A DNA stretch of 64,000 nucleotides from positions 195,114,001 to 195,178,000 of the forward strand of contig OZ024743.1 of NCBI GenBank assembly GCA_964016885.1, written 5' to 3'. This document shows positions 11,701-28,010 of this stretch, one piece after another; position 1 is the stretch's first letter; every line of letters begins with the position of its first letter. Origin of the DNA: Eledone cirrhosa (taxonomy: Eukaryota). The notes under the pieces are model-generated. The model was not told where the DNA came from. It searched no databases and was given only the letters and a program-made list of their open reading frames with translations. The position numbers and the translations under genes are program-made.

Positions 11701-12481
11701 GATAGGACGCATTAAAAACAAATATGGAACAATTTAAAAGAGGAAGGAGCCGCATGTATCAGAGATAATATTGAACCATTGACAATTGATTAAATTAAAA
11801 CCTGACACGAACACAGAAGCGAACAAAAGGTGACAAGAGTCTACGTATATAGACGACCGTCTATGCCTACAACTTCTCGCCACAGTATATTTCATACAAT
11901 GCATACAAAGATAGGCTAATACATAAAATTCACTTTCTCATTAATGAGATGTACACATATTATTTCTATTATTAAATAGAAAAGATAGTAAGAAATATTT
12001 CAGCATTCTCTTCTATTCCAATGGAGAATCACTTGGAAATTCTTGAAATGTATAAATCTTATTTTATTTGTCACATTTTGTATTTGGGCTTGCCTGTTCA
12101 TCTAAAGCAGCTTATAAATATGCAATAGTTGCTGCTAGTTCTTAATCGACATCAACATAGAATAAGTTTGGCAAATATGTATTAAGAAACCAAATGAAGA
12201 AATTTTGGCCACTTATCTTACAGAATAAATCACACAAACATAGATTAACAAGGCCAGGCAATCATTTATAAGAACAAAAGATAAATATTTATTAAGTAAA
12301 CCGTTTTTAATCAACGTGAATCACGAAAGCAATATGTATTTTCTCAACTGATTTCGCATTATTATTCAAGTTAAACTTAAAACCTTTTCTCTAAATTGAA
12401 TGAAAAGAGAATTATTTTAATAACTGGGGAAAATATTAAATGTTGTTTACCTACAGTTTATTAACACTCATAAACACACAC

Positions 12482-12534
<53 letters not shown>

Positions 12535-12752
12535 CGTGTGTATGTGTATATATATATATATATATATACATATATGTAGAAATATACACATATTTATGAG
12601 TGTATATGTACGTATGAATGTATGTATGTATATATATATTTATATATATATATATAGCTATGTGTGTGTATAAATAACTGGACAGAGAGAGAGAGAAAGA
12701 ACGAGAGATGGAGATAGAGAGATAGATAGAGAGAGAGAGAAAGAGTGTGTTT

Positions 12753-12866
<114 letters not shown>

Positions 12867-13429
12867 ACATGTTCAAATATAAAATGGGATGTTTTTTTGC
12901 TGACAGGGGAGATTTGAAAACTTATATTTCATATTTCTTTAATTCCACTCCGGAAATGAAGTCGTATGTTCTTGTTCCACCTTATCAATTAAAACATTAT
13001 AATTCGCAATAGAGAAAAAGAGCAATGCTCTACCAAAGAGATTTAGAGGTTAAAGAGCTTTTATTAGATAAGCACTTTTCTTGTTCATTGTGCTTCTTTT
13101 GTAAAAGGTATCAGGAATTTACCGATAATTGCTACTCAAATCACAAATCTCCTCACCCTGATCACCTTACCCATATTATCATATATATATAAGTTCAACT
13201 TAAAAAAGCTTATATGGCAAATTTGCATTTGTCATCCATTTTTGAAAGATGATTTTTTTTTTCAAATATATAATAGAAACGTCAATTATCCTTTCAGGTA
13301 ACATTTAACTATTCACGTGGTAGTGACAGATAGCGTTATAGCAAGCACAGACAACATATAATCTGGAAAAGTGGGTTTCAAACCGATAAAAGTGTTGAAG
13401 AAGCTTAGAATTTAAGATTTATATATAAT

Positions 13430-14135
13430 AGTTTCTTATATAGGCACAAGGCCTGCAATATTGGAGGAGGGGAAAAGTCGTTTAAATCGACCCCAGTGCG
13501 TGACTGGTACTTTATTTTATCGACCCCGCAAAGATGAAAGGCAAAGTTAACCTATGATAGTGTCTTATTTAGGCACAATGCCAGCAATATTGGGAGAGGA
13601 GAAATCGATTAAATCGACCCCAGTGCGTGACTGGCACTTTATTTTATTAACCCAAAATAATTACAAGCAAAGCTAAACCTCGGTGGGATTTGAATTCAGA
13701 ACATAAAGGGCCGTAAATCTATGCCGCAAAGCAGAATATCCGACGCTCTACCGATACTTCCACCCCACGGCCCTTATTAAATATATTAATGAAAATTGTG
13801 CAGCAATAAACGCATGTAGTACAAAATAAAAGACTGCATCATTTGATTATTCAGCAACCAAACAAGAAATGTACGACATGTTGTATAATCTACTGAAAAA
13901 TATTAGAACCCTATTTTGTGACTAAAAATACATTTTAACGATAATTTTGTTTTGAATTTTATTTGGATTAAAAGTAAAATCACTGGTTATGATAATTGTT
14001 TCTACATTTGGCACAAGGCCAGCAATTATCCCAGTACATTACTGCTACTTTATTTTATCGACCCGGTAAGGATGAAAGGCAAAGTTAACCTCGGCGGGAT
14101 TCGAACTCAGAATGGCAAGGGCTGTAATGTTAGCT
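13430..14135 (-). mobile_element. Cluster of three tRNA-derived Nin/Deu-domain SINE copies (13430-13553, 13560-13775, 13992-14130)
   Basis: ggcacaaggccagcaa...ctggtactttattttatcgaccccgtaaggatgaaaggcaaagttaacctcggcgggatttgaactcag. The reverse complement carries box B (GAGTTCAAATCC) and the gcctttcatcct..ggggtcgataaa..agtaccag core. Confidence 0.85.
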
Positions 14136-14456
14136 AATGTATTTATATGCATTCTCTTTTGGTGTAGACGCACACTCATATGAACTTGTACATGTCTTCT
14201 GAGATATGGCATAAAATATAATGCTAAAATTAATGTAAGGAGAAATTAATGGGGATATGAAGTCATATGTTGTTATGTGTTTCGTATCGGCAGCGCATTC
14301 AGAAGAGTACTAAAATTTAAAACAGTCAACAATGATTTTTTTTTTTTTTACTTTTCTGTTTAACATGTCTTCCAACATCAGTTGGAGTGGTGGAGTGGTA
14401 AATAAATATATACATATATATTAGTTCTGAATATAATAGAATCAAATTCCCATACT

Positions 14457-14697
14457 CACTGCCTCCATCTCTCCCGCTCTCCTCATTTCTCATTATTATA
14501 AGCATATGTGGTCCCACGCGCTGCCCTCACCGCGGCTCCGGCGGACAGAATAGAGGGGGCGTTTCTCCGCAACATGGTGCGGGAGACACGTTGGGTGAGC
14601 CATTCCTGCTTGCGTGGCTCACACCTGCGGGTAAATTGCTTCGTACCGATAGTGATAAGCAGGGAGGTAGTCTTAGGGCCAGGAACACCAGAAGTTT
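14457..14697 (+). repeat. Copy A of an interspersed family of about 245 bp with a conserved reading frame (others at 31424, 33029, 47757)
   Basis: Starts cactgcctccatctctc. The frame reads ..AAPADRIEGAFLRNMVRETRWVSHSCLRGSHLRV.. Confidence 0.7.
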
Positions 14698-15520
14698 AAT
14701 TTAGTGTTTGAATCAATTCATACCAATCAATTAATTTTGAGATTGGCTGCAATTCTCCTCTTCAGGAACGTATAGACGTGGGAAATTGTTAAATGGAAAA
14801 ATAAGATATCAGTAATACAACTTGTACAGAAATTAACTCTCATATATACTGTAGGGCAAATATAGCCAGTCGTTAAATGATGGTTGAGCGGTAAGTTAAC
14901 TGAATGATTATTATAATTGGCTCATTGCAAGTTTGAATTGCTCCTAGACCTTGAAAAGTCAAATATTTCAAGAAATCGTTTATAACTGCTAGTTATTGAT
15001 TTCTCTTTCATAGCAAGCAGCAATAAATCAATAACAGCATTGAGATTCGAGGAAGAAATATTTCATGTATAAATTTTCCCGGACATTTTGTGTGTAAATG
15101 GCAACCCGTTGAAATGCAAATCAAATTTTCTTCAGTTGATGGAGTCCATCTCGCAATAGGACAATCATTTCCTCAACGATCATGTCTAAATACAGAAAGT
15201 TATTTTAGTTAGGTTGTGGTTGTTAGCATTGCCATTAGTCATCTATTTGATAAAATTTCATTCTTCCTAAACAAGCTGATCATTTAAAATGTAGCAGACT
15301 AAAATTTATTTAAACTTAATTTTGAATTACAACTGTAATAAATTTTCTATTGGGTAAAAAATGTTCAAATTTGGGTGGTGATAATTTAAATATATAAATG
15401 AAATTGAGAACTACAAAAGGTCTGAAAAGTCAACGGTATAAATTCATGTGTGGTGAAGCTCCCACCCTCGTTAGAAGCATTCTATTCGATATTCTAATGA
15501 CTCTGCCAATACACCGCCTA

Positions 15521-18680
<3,160 letters not shown>

Positions 18681-19119
18681 TTCTTTATACTTTTACCTCG
18701 TGTAGGACACCTCGGTTATTTTTCATTTTGTAAAAAAAACCTCACTTTCTAATATATATATATATATATAATATATGAAGAAGAGAGAAGGCTGTGTAGT
18801 TGCTAGATAAGTTATACTTAAAAATAAGAAGAAAGCATGAATAGGGGAAAGTTTTCCTTCATCAGTTGTCTGCTGGGTGTATATATATATAGATATTCGT
18901 CGCCTATAAATTATAATGAGAAAAGCAAAAATGGAAAATATAATATACTAAACTAGAAATAATAGATCGATTTCACTTTTCTTCTTCAAATTATGTTATA
19001 TATTTGCCCACATAATTCAACGAGGAATATTGTGAATATGTGTCCAATTTACACATTTATCATTTACATAATATTAAGGGGTAGAACTAGACCAATCGTT
19101 CACCGATCGCATTATGATA

Positions 19120-19520
19120 ATGGTTTCTGATTTAGCCACAATGCCAACAACTTTGGGGGAAAGAGAAAGTCTATTAAATCGCACCAGTGCATTACTGATA
19201 CTTAAATTTGATCGAACCTGAAAGGATAAAAGGCATAGCTAACCACGGCTGAATTTGAACTCAGAATGTAAAAGGTCGTAATTCAATGCCGCTAAGCTTG
19301 TTGTCAGACGGTCTACTGATTCTGCCAACCCACCGCCATCAAAGGCGGTGGGTTGGCAGTATTAGTAGAGGGTCGGACGCCATGCTTTGTAACATAGTGT
19401 TATGGCTCTTTACGATCTGATTTCAAATCCCGCCGAGGTTAATTTGCCTTACACCCTTATGGGGTTGATAAAATAAAGTACTAGTGATTGCTGACCTTGT
19501 GCCAAAAGTAGAAACAATTA
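19120..19520. mobile_element. Two Nin/Deu SINE copies joined head-to-head
   Basis: Minus copy at 19120-19338 and plus copy at 19343-19520. The junction reads ctgccaacccaccgcc-atcaaa-ggcggtgggttggcag. Confidence 0.85.
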
Positions 19521-20189
19521 TGCTAATATAATGCGTACATTTACAACCTTTGCAATTTTTCAGAGAAAAACCAGAGTACTGTTATTTATCTTGACTGATT
19601 GAAAAAATGATACGGAAGCTGGTTGGGATTAAATTTAAACCCATATTAAATTGAGAAGAGTGCTCTGGATAATGTGCTGTGGTTTTACTTCTCGTCGAAA
19701 ATTAAACGAAAGTAGAAGTATATATCTATGACAAAGTATTATTTCTAGGATTCTGGCTGTATGTGAATGTTTATGTATGTATGCATAAGCATGTACCAGA
19801 AAATAACATTGGTCAGTGGCTAACGTTGTGTTATCTTTTACTTTAGTATGTCATTGTTTTTAGGAAGTTATGATGTTTTTATTTAAATGTATTTTTAGAG
19901 AGGTTCCTTAGAGTATTGAAAAAATGAACAAATAATTGTGTATTGTATCATCAGTTAGTTTCATCATTTAGTTAACATTTTGGGGTTATCATCATTCGAT
20001 GCGTTTTTATGTATAATCTATTTGAATAAATTCAATAAATAGGGTTCCCGTTGAAATATACGAAAAATTTCGACTCTTAGGGATAGGCAACATGTCTGAT
20101 TTAAAGTATTAGTTTTATATTTCAAATTTCGAGGATGAAATATAAAGTAATTCAAAGACATAATACACAGTGACAAGATAATATTCATA

Positions 20190-21075
20190 ATAATGGTTTC
20201 TACTTTTGGCACAAGGCCAGAATTTACATCAGTACATTACTGTTACTTTATTTTATCGACCCCGTAAGGATGAAAGGCAAAGTTAATCTCGGCGGAATTT
20301 GAACTCAGAATATAAAGGACCGTAACTCTATGATGCAAAGCATGGCATCCGACCCTCTACCGATACTGCCAATCCACCGCCATAAATATTCATAATTATT
20401 GTTTCTACTTCTGGCACAAGGCCAGCAATTATTCCAGTGTATTACTGGTACTTTATTTTATCAACCTCATAAGGATCAAAGGCAAAGTTAACCTCGGCGG
20501 GATTTGAAATATTCATAATAATGGCTTCAAATGCTGGCAAAAGGCCAGCATTTTGAAGAGGAAGGGAAAGTCAATTAAATCGACCCCAGTGCCTGAATTG
20601 CACTTTATGTCATTGACCTCGCAAGGATGAAAGGAAAAGCTAACCTCGGTGGGATTTGAACTCAAGATGTAAAGGACCATAGCTCTATGTCACGAAGTAG
20701 GATGTCCGACGCTCTATTGATACTGCCAACAATGGTCATAGTTTATTTGAGATTTAGAATTTTCATCAATGTTCAACCAAGAGGAGAATATTCTCAATGA
20801 AATCTATTTTTCTCTGAATCAATACAAAATTGCGTTTAAAGTAACGGAATTATATTTATCGTTACAAAAATATCATTGTTATTTCAACAAATTAATTGTT
20901 TCTACTTTTTTGGCACAAGGCCAGCAATAACCCAGTGTATTACTGGTACTTTATTTTATCGACACCATAAGGATGAAAGGCAAAGTGAACCTCGGCGGGA
21001 TTTGAACTCAGACCGTAAAGGGACGTAACTATACTGGAAAGCATGGCGTCCGATACTGCCAATCCACCGCCATAT
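20190..21075 (-). mobile_element. Four Nin/Deu SINE copies in the same orientation (about 20190-20382, 20395-20510, 20520-20730, 20895-21072)
   Basis: Repeated gtttctacttttggcacaaggccag...ggatttgaactcag...gatactgccaatccaccgcc. Confidence 0.9.
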
Positions 21076-21427
21076 TTATTTCAACAAATTAATGAATATC
21101 ACTTGAATGTTAAAAAAATATTAGAGTATTATATTCGGAACTAGTTGTACGCAATTACGGTATAAGGCTTTAGACAGGGTATGCATATTCAAACGAAATA
21201 GGTTGTCTCAGTGAAATCGTATATTGAATGAAATCCCATGAAGTATAGATACTCCTGCATATCTACTTCACATTCCGCTGACGAATAGAGGAAAAGATAA
21301 ACAATATTAAATTTGAAAGTGAGAAATTGTTTATTTACCAATATCATTTCACAGACAGATCTACGGTATGCTGGGAAAAGATAAAATCTCATTCATAACT
21401 TTTCAATGACACCCACATAGCAAGTAT

Positions 21428-21496
<69 letters not shown>

Positions 21497-21512
21497 ATAT
21501 ATACACACATAA

Positions 21513-21547
<35 letters not shown>

Positions 21548-21593
21548 CCTATATATATATATATGTATACAACTATATATGTATATATATATG

Positions 21594-21652
<59 letters not shown>

Positions 21653-22086
21653 TATATATATGTGTATGGGATTACGTGTGAATACGTGTGTGGCTATATG
21701 CGAATGTTTATTTATGTATGTATATGTATGTGTACGTATTGTTTCGTGCTTGCGTGTCTTTAGTAAGACCACACACATTACATGTAAAAATGTTGTCAAA
21801 TCTTGCTCATACCCGCAGTGTAATAGAAAAACATGCCATCAAAAATCCAGCAGAGAAGATATAAACATATTATCAACATGAAAATGAATGCCCGTAAAAC
21901 ACATGGTTTCTTTATTATTCTTTCGGCGGCATTCGCTTGGTTTGTTGGAATAAACGTACGAAAAGTAAACGCCATTTTCGTTTTGAACTTAACAATATGT
22001 AAAACGCACTCAGATCTGTATAGAAAGTAGAGTTTATCTATTGTAAGCTTGTTTCACTCGAAGTAATAAAAACAACGTCTTTATAC

Positions 22087-22145
<59 letters not shown>

Positions 22146-22264
22146 TGTGTGTGTGTGTGTGTGCGTGCGTGTGCGTGTGCATGTAAATATATATATTGTT
22201 ATATATTGTTATGTATATATATACACACATATATATATATTTATATATATACACAACCACACAC

Positions 22265-22296
<32 letters not shown>

Positions 22297-23163
22297 GGAA
22301 ACCGGATCTAGATGTATATAGTTATAACTAATTTTCTTTTCATGGGCATTTAATGATAGGATGAAAGTATTGCAAAACAACTCGGACACTTGTTTAGACC
22401 ACGAGCAAAGGATATACGTCTAGTGGGGAAAACAGTTTATCTCTATAGAATGGTTGTTTCGAAGACAAGGGAAGCTGTACATGTTTACTGCTGTCGAATG
22501 TTTGCACTCAGATAATTCTCAGGTGTCACCTATAAAAACAGACAATGGGAAAGGAGAATTTTAATGAGAAACGTGATATTGGCTATTTTCATTTATTCTT
22601 TAAAGCTAGACATTTTATTACTACTTCATCAATTATTTACAAAGCAACTAAAATACAAGTGATCTTGTTTTTATGAGTTTCTCTTTTTCTGATAAGATCT
22701 TTTTTTCTACCTTATATATAGGGTCATTTAATGCAGCCTTGTCTGAATTATTTATCTATCGTAGTCACCGAATAGTTTCATCTTTATGTACACTACAAAT
22801 GGATGTCACCCTGTGAGCGGGTTACATTTGGTAGAAAAATAAACTTTTCTTTTATGCTCCTTTTTATGCACTGAAGTATGGTTTTGCGTATAACTATAAA
22901 ACGAATAACAAAGCTGTAGCGAAAAGTAAATGTTTACACGTAAAGGTGAAAGATGGAAGACATTAACAAAACATCAATCATTGCTTCATTATAATATTAT
23001 CTGTTACAACACAGAACACTATCTAGTTTAAACACCTAAATATATTTATATGTTTTATTCTTAAAAAGTCGATAATGTATTCCATTTGAATTTTATATAT
23101 AAATATATATATATATATTTAAATGGTATACATACATATACATATATATATATATACATGCAT

Positions 23164-23199
<36 letters not shown>

Positions 23200-23200
<1 letters not shown>

Positions 23201-26200
23201 GGAAAATTTGAACAGGAACAAAACAGAGAGGCAGTACAACGAATGTTTATTAATTTCACGCTCTTGAGAGTGGGGTGGTGGTGGGGAACGACGTTTCGGG
23301 CATAAGCCCTTCTTAAGGTGAACAGTATGGGGGAAGAGAGTTCAAAGGGTGTGTAGGGGAGTGGTGGAGAGACATATAGCGAAAAGGGGGTGGGAGGAAA
23401 CGGTGCGAATGAAATTAAAAATAAAAGCATGATCCAAATAAAATTAAATTAAAATGGGGCAAAACAGGTGGTGGAAGGGTGTGGGGCGTGTAGGGTTGGT
23501 GGCGGGTGGAGTGGGGAGAGGGAGACGGGGTGTCCGAGCGGGGAGGGCTGAAGGTGGTGTGTGTGTGTAGGTGTACGTGTGTGTGTGTGTGTATGTGAAA
23601 GCAAGGGTTGGGGGAAGAACGGGGTTGCATGTTCAGGAAGAGCTGTGTGTGGGGTGGGGTGTAGGTCGGAGTGTGTGTGCGTGTGTGGATAGAGGGGTGG
23701 GGGTGAGGAATCCGGAGGCTGAAGGTGTGAATATGTGGTGGAAAGCACGGGTGTGTGGGGTTTAAGCGTGTTGTGGGTGTAGGTGGCGTGTGGGAAAAAA
23801 ATGTTTTTGGGTGTGAGTGTGGGTGAGTTATAAAGATGATTCTGTAAGATGTGGTTGAATGGTTGGTAAACTCCTAGGATGGTAGTAGATTCCGCGGTCA
23901 AGGTCCACATACGAGTAATCCCTGAAGAGATGGTCCGAAGAGGAGAGATGTGGGGTGCGCGCGCAACAGGAAGTGGTCAAGGCAGTAGGAGTGCTGGTGT
24001 CTGTGTGTGCTGGGAGGTGGTCAGAGGGCATAGCAGCAGTAGGGTGGAATGGTAAAGGGGCGAGGATGGGTAGGTATGAAAGTTGGAGTGAGGAGGGTGT
24101 GTGTGTGTATTAGTAGAGGTGTTAGTGGGATGAGTGAGTGTTGGAGAAAGGGTGTGGGTGGAGCGGGGAGAGAAGTGTGTGGGGGTCGATGGAGGGAGTG
24201 TGGTGTACTGGTGTGTGTGTAATTTGATGAAGGGGGTGTTAGTGATGTTAGTTGCGTGTGGGGTGGGTGATGTAAGTGGGTGCGTGTGTTCGTGTGCTTG
24301 GGGTCAGGTGGTGTTAGTGTTGTTAGTTGCGGGGTGGTGGGATGGATGTGTGGGTGTGAGGGTTAGTGGTGGTAAAGGGTGTGTGTTTAGTGTGAGCGCG
24401 TGTATATATGTGCCGGTGGGTGTGTGCGTGTGATAAGGAGGGGGGAGAAGAAGAAGGGAGGGATGTTAGTATGCTAGTTGGGGAAGGGTGGTCGGATGAG
24501 GGGTGGAGTGGAGGTGTTAGTATTGTTAGTTGTGGGGTGGGCGGTGAAAAGGAGGGGTGTGTTAGTGGTGTTAGTGGGGGATATGTGCGGGGGAAGGGAG
24601 GCGGTCGAAGGCTAAAGGAATAAGGGTGGGGAGTTCAGGCCGGGGGGAGTGTCGGTCTGTAAGATGAAGATGGTTCTTTGTTCAACTCTGAGGAGATTGG
24701 CGGGTGTTCCGTGGCATTGGAGTAGGCCACAGACTTTGAGATGGCGTGGGGAATGTCCAGCGGCACCAAAGTGGCGGGCGATGGGGGAACTACCACCGAG
24801 ACGAATATCCCGGAGGTGCTCAGTGAATCGGTCCGCCAGGCGGCGTCCCGTCTGTCCGACGTAAGTCGCACTGCACTCAGTGCAGCGAAGTCCGTAGACT
24901 AGGTTGGAGGAGGTGCAGCGGAAGGCATGCCGGACAGAGAGAGAGTGGCCGTGGGACCCTGGAAGGTGGTGGTGTTGGTGATGTGGGGACAGGTGTTGCA
25001 GCGGGGCCTAGAACAGGGAAAGGAGCCGGGGGGAGCGGGGGGGAGTAGGGAGCTGTGGACGAGGAGGGTGCGGAGATTGCGTGCGCGTTTGAAGGAGGGG
25101 AGTGGTGGGGTTGGGAAGATGTGGGAGGTGGAGGGGTCGGACTGGAGGCGTCGGAAGAGGCGGCGGATGGTGCGGTGGAGGGGTAGGGTGGAGGGGTGGT
25201 AGGTGGGTCTGCGGTGGCGTGGGGTGAGGGTGGTTGAGCGGTGGACAGCACGGGCGCGGGTGAGAGCGGTGTGGACGAGAGGGGGGGTAACCTCTGCGGA
25301 TGAAATGGCTGACTAGGGAAAGGGCCTGGGACTCGAAGTCAGCATCTCGGCTACAGAGGCGGCGGATCCTGAGGAGTTGGGAGTAGGGAATAGAGTGTTT
25401 AGTTTGTGTGGGGTGGGAAGAGGTGAAGTCGAGGTAAGAGTGGGAGACGGTGGGTTTGAAGAAGGCGGAGGTGACGAGGGAGTGGTGGGAGGGGTCGCAG
25501 GCGACGGAGATGTCTAAGAAGTGGACGTGGGTGGTGGAGATAGAGGTGGTGAAGTGGAGGGAGGGGTGGAAGGAGCAGAAGAAGGAGAGAAAGGAGTCGA
25601 GCTGTTCTCGGGTGAGGGTCGTGGCTCCGATACAGTCGTCGATGTAACGACCGTACAGTTCGTGCGTGGGGCCGGTGTACTGGGCAAAGATTTGGGCCTC
25701 AACATGGCCAACAAAAAGGTTGGCATAGTTCGGGCCCATTCTTGTACCCATGGCTACCCCCGTGACCTGTTGATAAAACTCACCCGAGAAGGAGAAACAA
25801 TTGAGGGTGAGGACCAGCTCGGCGAGGCGAAGGAGGGTGGGGGTGGAGGGAATGGGGGAGGGGCGAACGTCGATGTAGTGTTTGAGGGCACGTAGGCCGT
25901 CGGCGTGGGGGATGACGGTATAGAGGGACTTGATGTCTAGGGTGAAGAGGAAGGGCTGTGGGCCGGGTGGGTAGGTGAAGGAGTCGAACAGGCGCAGGGC
26001 GTGGTTTGTGTCGGAGATGTGGGATGGGAGGGTGGTGACAAGGGGGGCGAGGATGGAGTCGAGAAAGGCGGAGATGAGTTCGGTGGGGCAGTTGCAAGCG
26101 AAGACGATGGGGCGGCCGGGGTTGTCGGGTTTGTGGAGTTTGGGGAGGAAGTGGATGGTGGGGGTGCGTGCGGGTGGTTCGGACGATGAGGTGGGAAGCG

Positions 26201-26990
26201 GTGGGGGGAGGGAGGAGGAGACAAGGTGTTGGATGGTGGAGGAAACTTGTTGTTGGTAGAGGGGTGTGGGATCGGAGGATAGAGGGCGGTAGAAGAGGGG
26301 CTTACAGAGCTGCCTGAGGGCTTCGGCCGTGTAGAGGTCCGCGCGCCACACCACCACGGCGCCTCCCTTGTTCGCCGGTTTGATGACGATGTCATCTCGG
26401 CTACGGAGGGAGCGGAAAGGAATAAGGGTGGGGAGTTCAGGCCGGGGGGAGTGTGGGACTGTAAGATGAAGATGGTTCTTTGTTCAACTCTGAGGAAATT
26501 GGCGGGTGTTCCGTGGCATTGGAGTAGGCCACAGACTGTGAGATGGCGTGCGGAATGTCCAGGGGCACCAAAGTGGCGGGCGATGGGGGAACTATATATA
26601 TATATATACCGATTCACTGAGCACCTTCGGGATATTCGTCTCGATGGTAGTTCCCCCATCGCCCGCCACTTTGGTGCCCCTGGACATTCCGCACGCCATC
26701 TCACAGTCTGTGGCCTACTCCAATGCCACGGAACACCCGCCAATCTCCTCAGAGTTGAACAAAAAACCATCTTCATCTTACAGACCCACACTCCCCCCGG
26801 CCTGAACTCCCCACCCTTATTCCTTACCGCTCCCTCCGTAGCCGAGATGACATCGTCATCAAACCGGCGAACAAGGGAGGCGCCGTGGTGGTGTGGCGCG
26901 CGGACCTCTACATATATATATATATACCGATTCACTGAGCACCTTCGGGATATTCGTCTCGGTGGTAGTTCCCCCATCGCCCGCCACTGT
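23200..26990 (-). mobile_element. GC-rich Penelope-like element (Nematis/Neptune-like): RT, GIY-YIG and a 3'UTR of about 1.4 kb, with a rearranged 5' end
   Basis: RT reads [74 protein letters not shown]. The endonuclease (24630-25030) reads [62 protein letters not shown]. Frameshifts are present. Confidence 0.95.
23283..23322 (-). ncRNA. Minimal PLE hammerhead, probably inactivated (G5 changed to U)
   Basis: The reverse complement reads cac CTTAAGA agggc ttat gccc GAAA cg TC, at the 3' end of the PLE. Confidence 0.5.
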
Positions 26991-27035
26991 GGGTGTGTGT
27001 ATATATATATGTGTGTATATATATATATATATATG

Positions 27036-27088
<53 letters not shown>

Positions 27089-27107
27089 ATATATGTATAT
27101 ATATGTA

Positions 27108-27177
<70 letters not shown>

Positions 27178-27219
27178 GTGCGTTTTCCTTATATATGTGT
27201 ATGTGTGTGTATGTGTGTG

Positions 27220-27300
<81 letters not shown>

Positions 27301-27350
27301 ATGTATGTGTGTGTGTGTGTGTTTGTATGTGTATATATTTGTTTTATGTG

Positions 27351-27383
<33 letters not shown>

Positions 27384-27550
27384 GTATATATGTATATATG
27401 TATATGGTTTATATATATATGAATGTATATATATATATGTATATGTATATATATGTGTGTGTGTGTTTGTGTGTATGTGTGAGTATATGTATATATGTGT
27501 GTGTATGGGTTTTTTATATATATATATATATGTATGTGTGTGTATGTATA

Positions 27551-27621
<71 letters not shown>

Positions 27622-27664
27622 ATATATATGTGTGTGTATATATATGTGTATGTATGTATGTGTG

Positions 27665-27705
<41 letters not shown>

Positions 27706-27906
27706 CTATATGTGTCTGTGTATATGTATGTATATATGTCTATATGTATTTGTGTGTATATGTATACACATGTATATTTGTGTTTGTATGTATGTGTGTG
27801 AGTGTATTTATATGTGTATATATGTGTGTGTGTGTGTATATATGTGTATGTGTGTGTGTATGTGTATATATATATGTGTGTGTATATATATATATATATT
27901 TTTATA

Positions 27907-27989
<83 letters not shown>

Positions 27990-28010
27990 ATGTGTTTGTG
28001 TGTTTGTTTA
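26990..28010. repeat. Compound (TA)n/(TG)n microsatellite block of about 1 kb
   Basis: Directly visible. It generates the YIYI/VCVC pseudo-ORFs in the track. Confidence 0.95.

Noticed and set aside
25937-27422. 346-aa and 323-aa ORFs spanning the PLE 5' end
   Set aside because: They are read-through products of the inverted duplication (antisense plus sense endonuclease fragments plus microsatellite), not independent genes.
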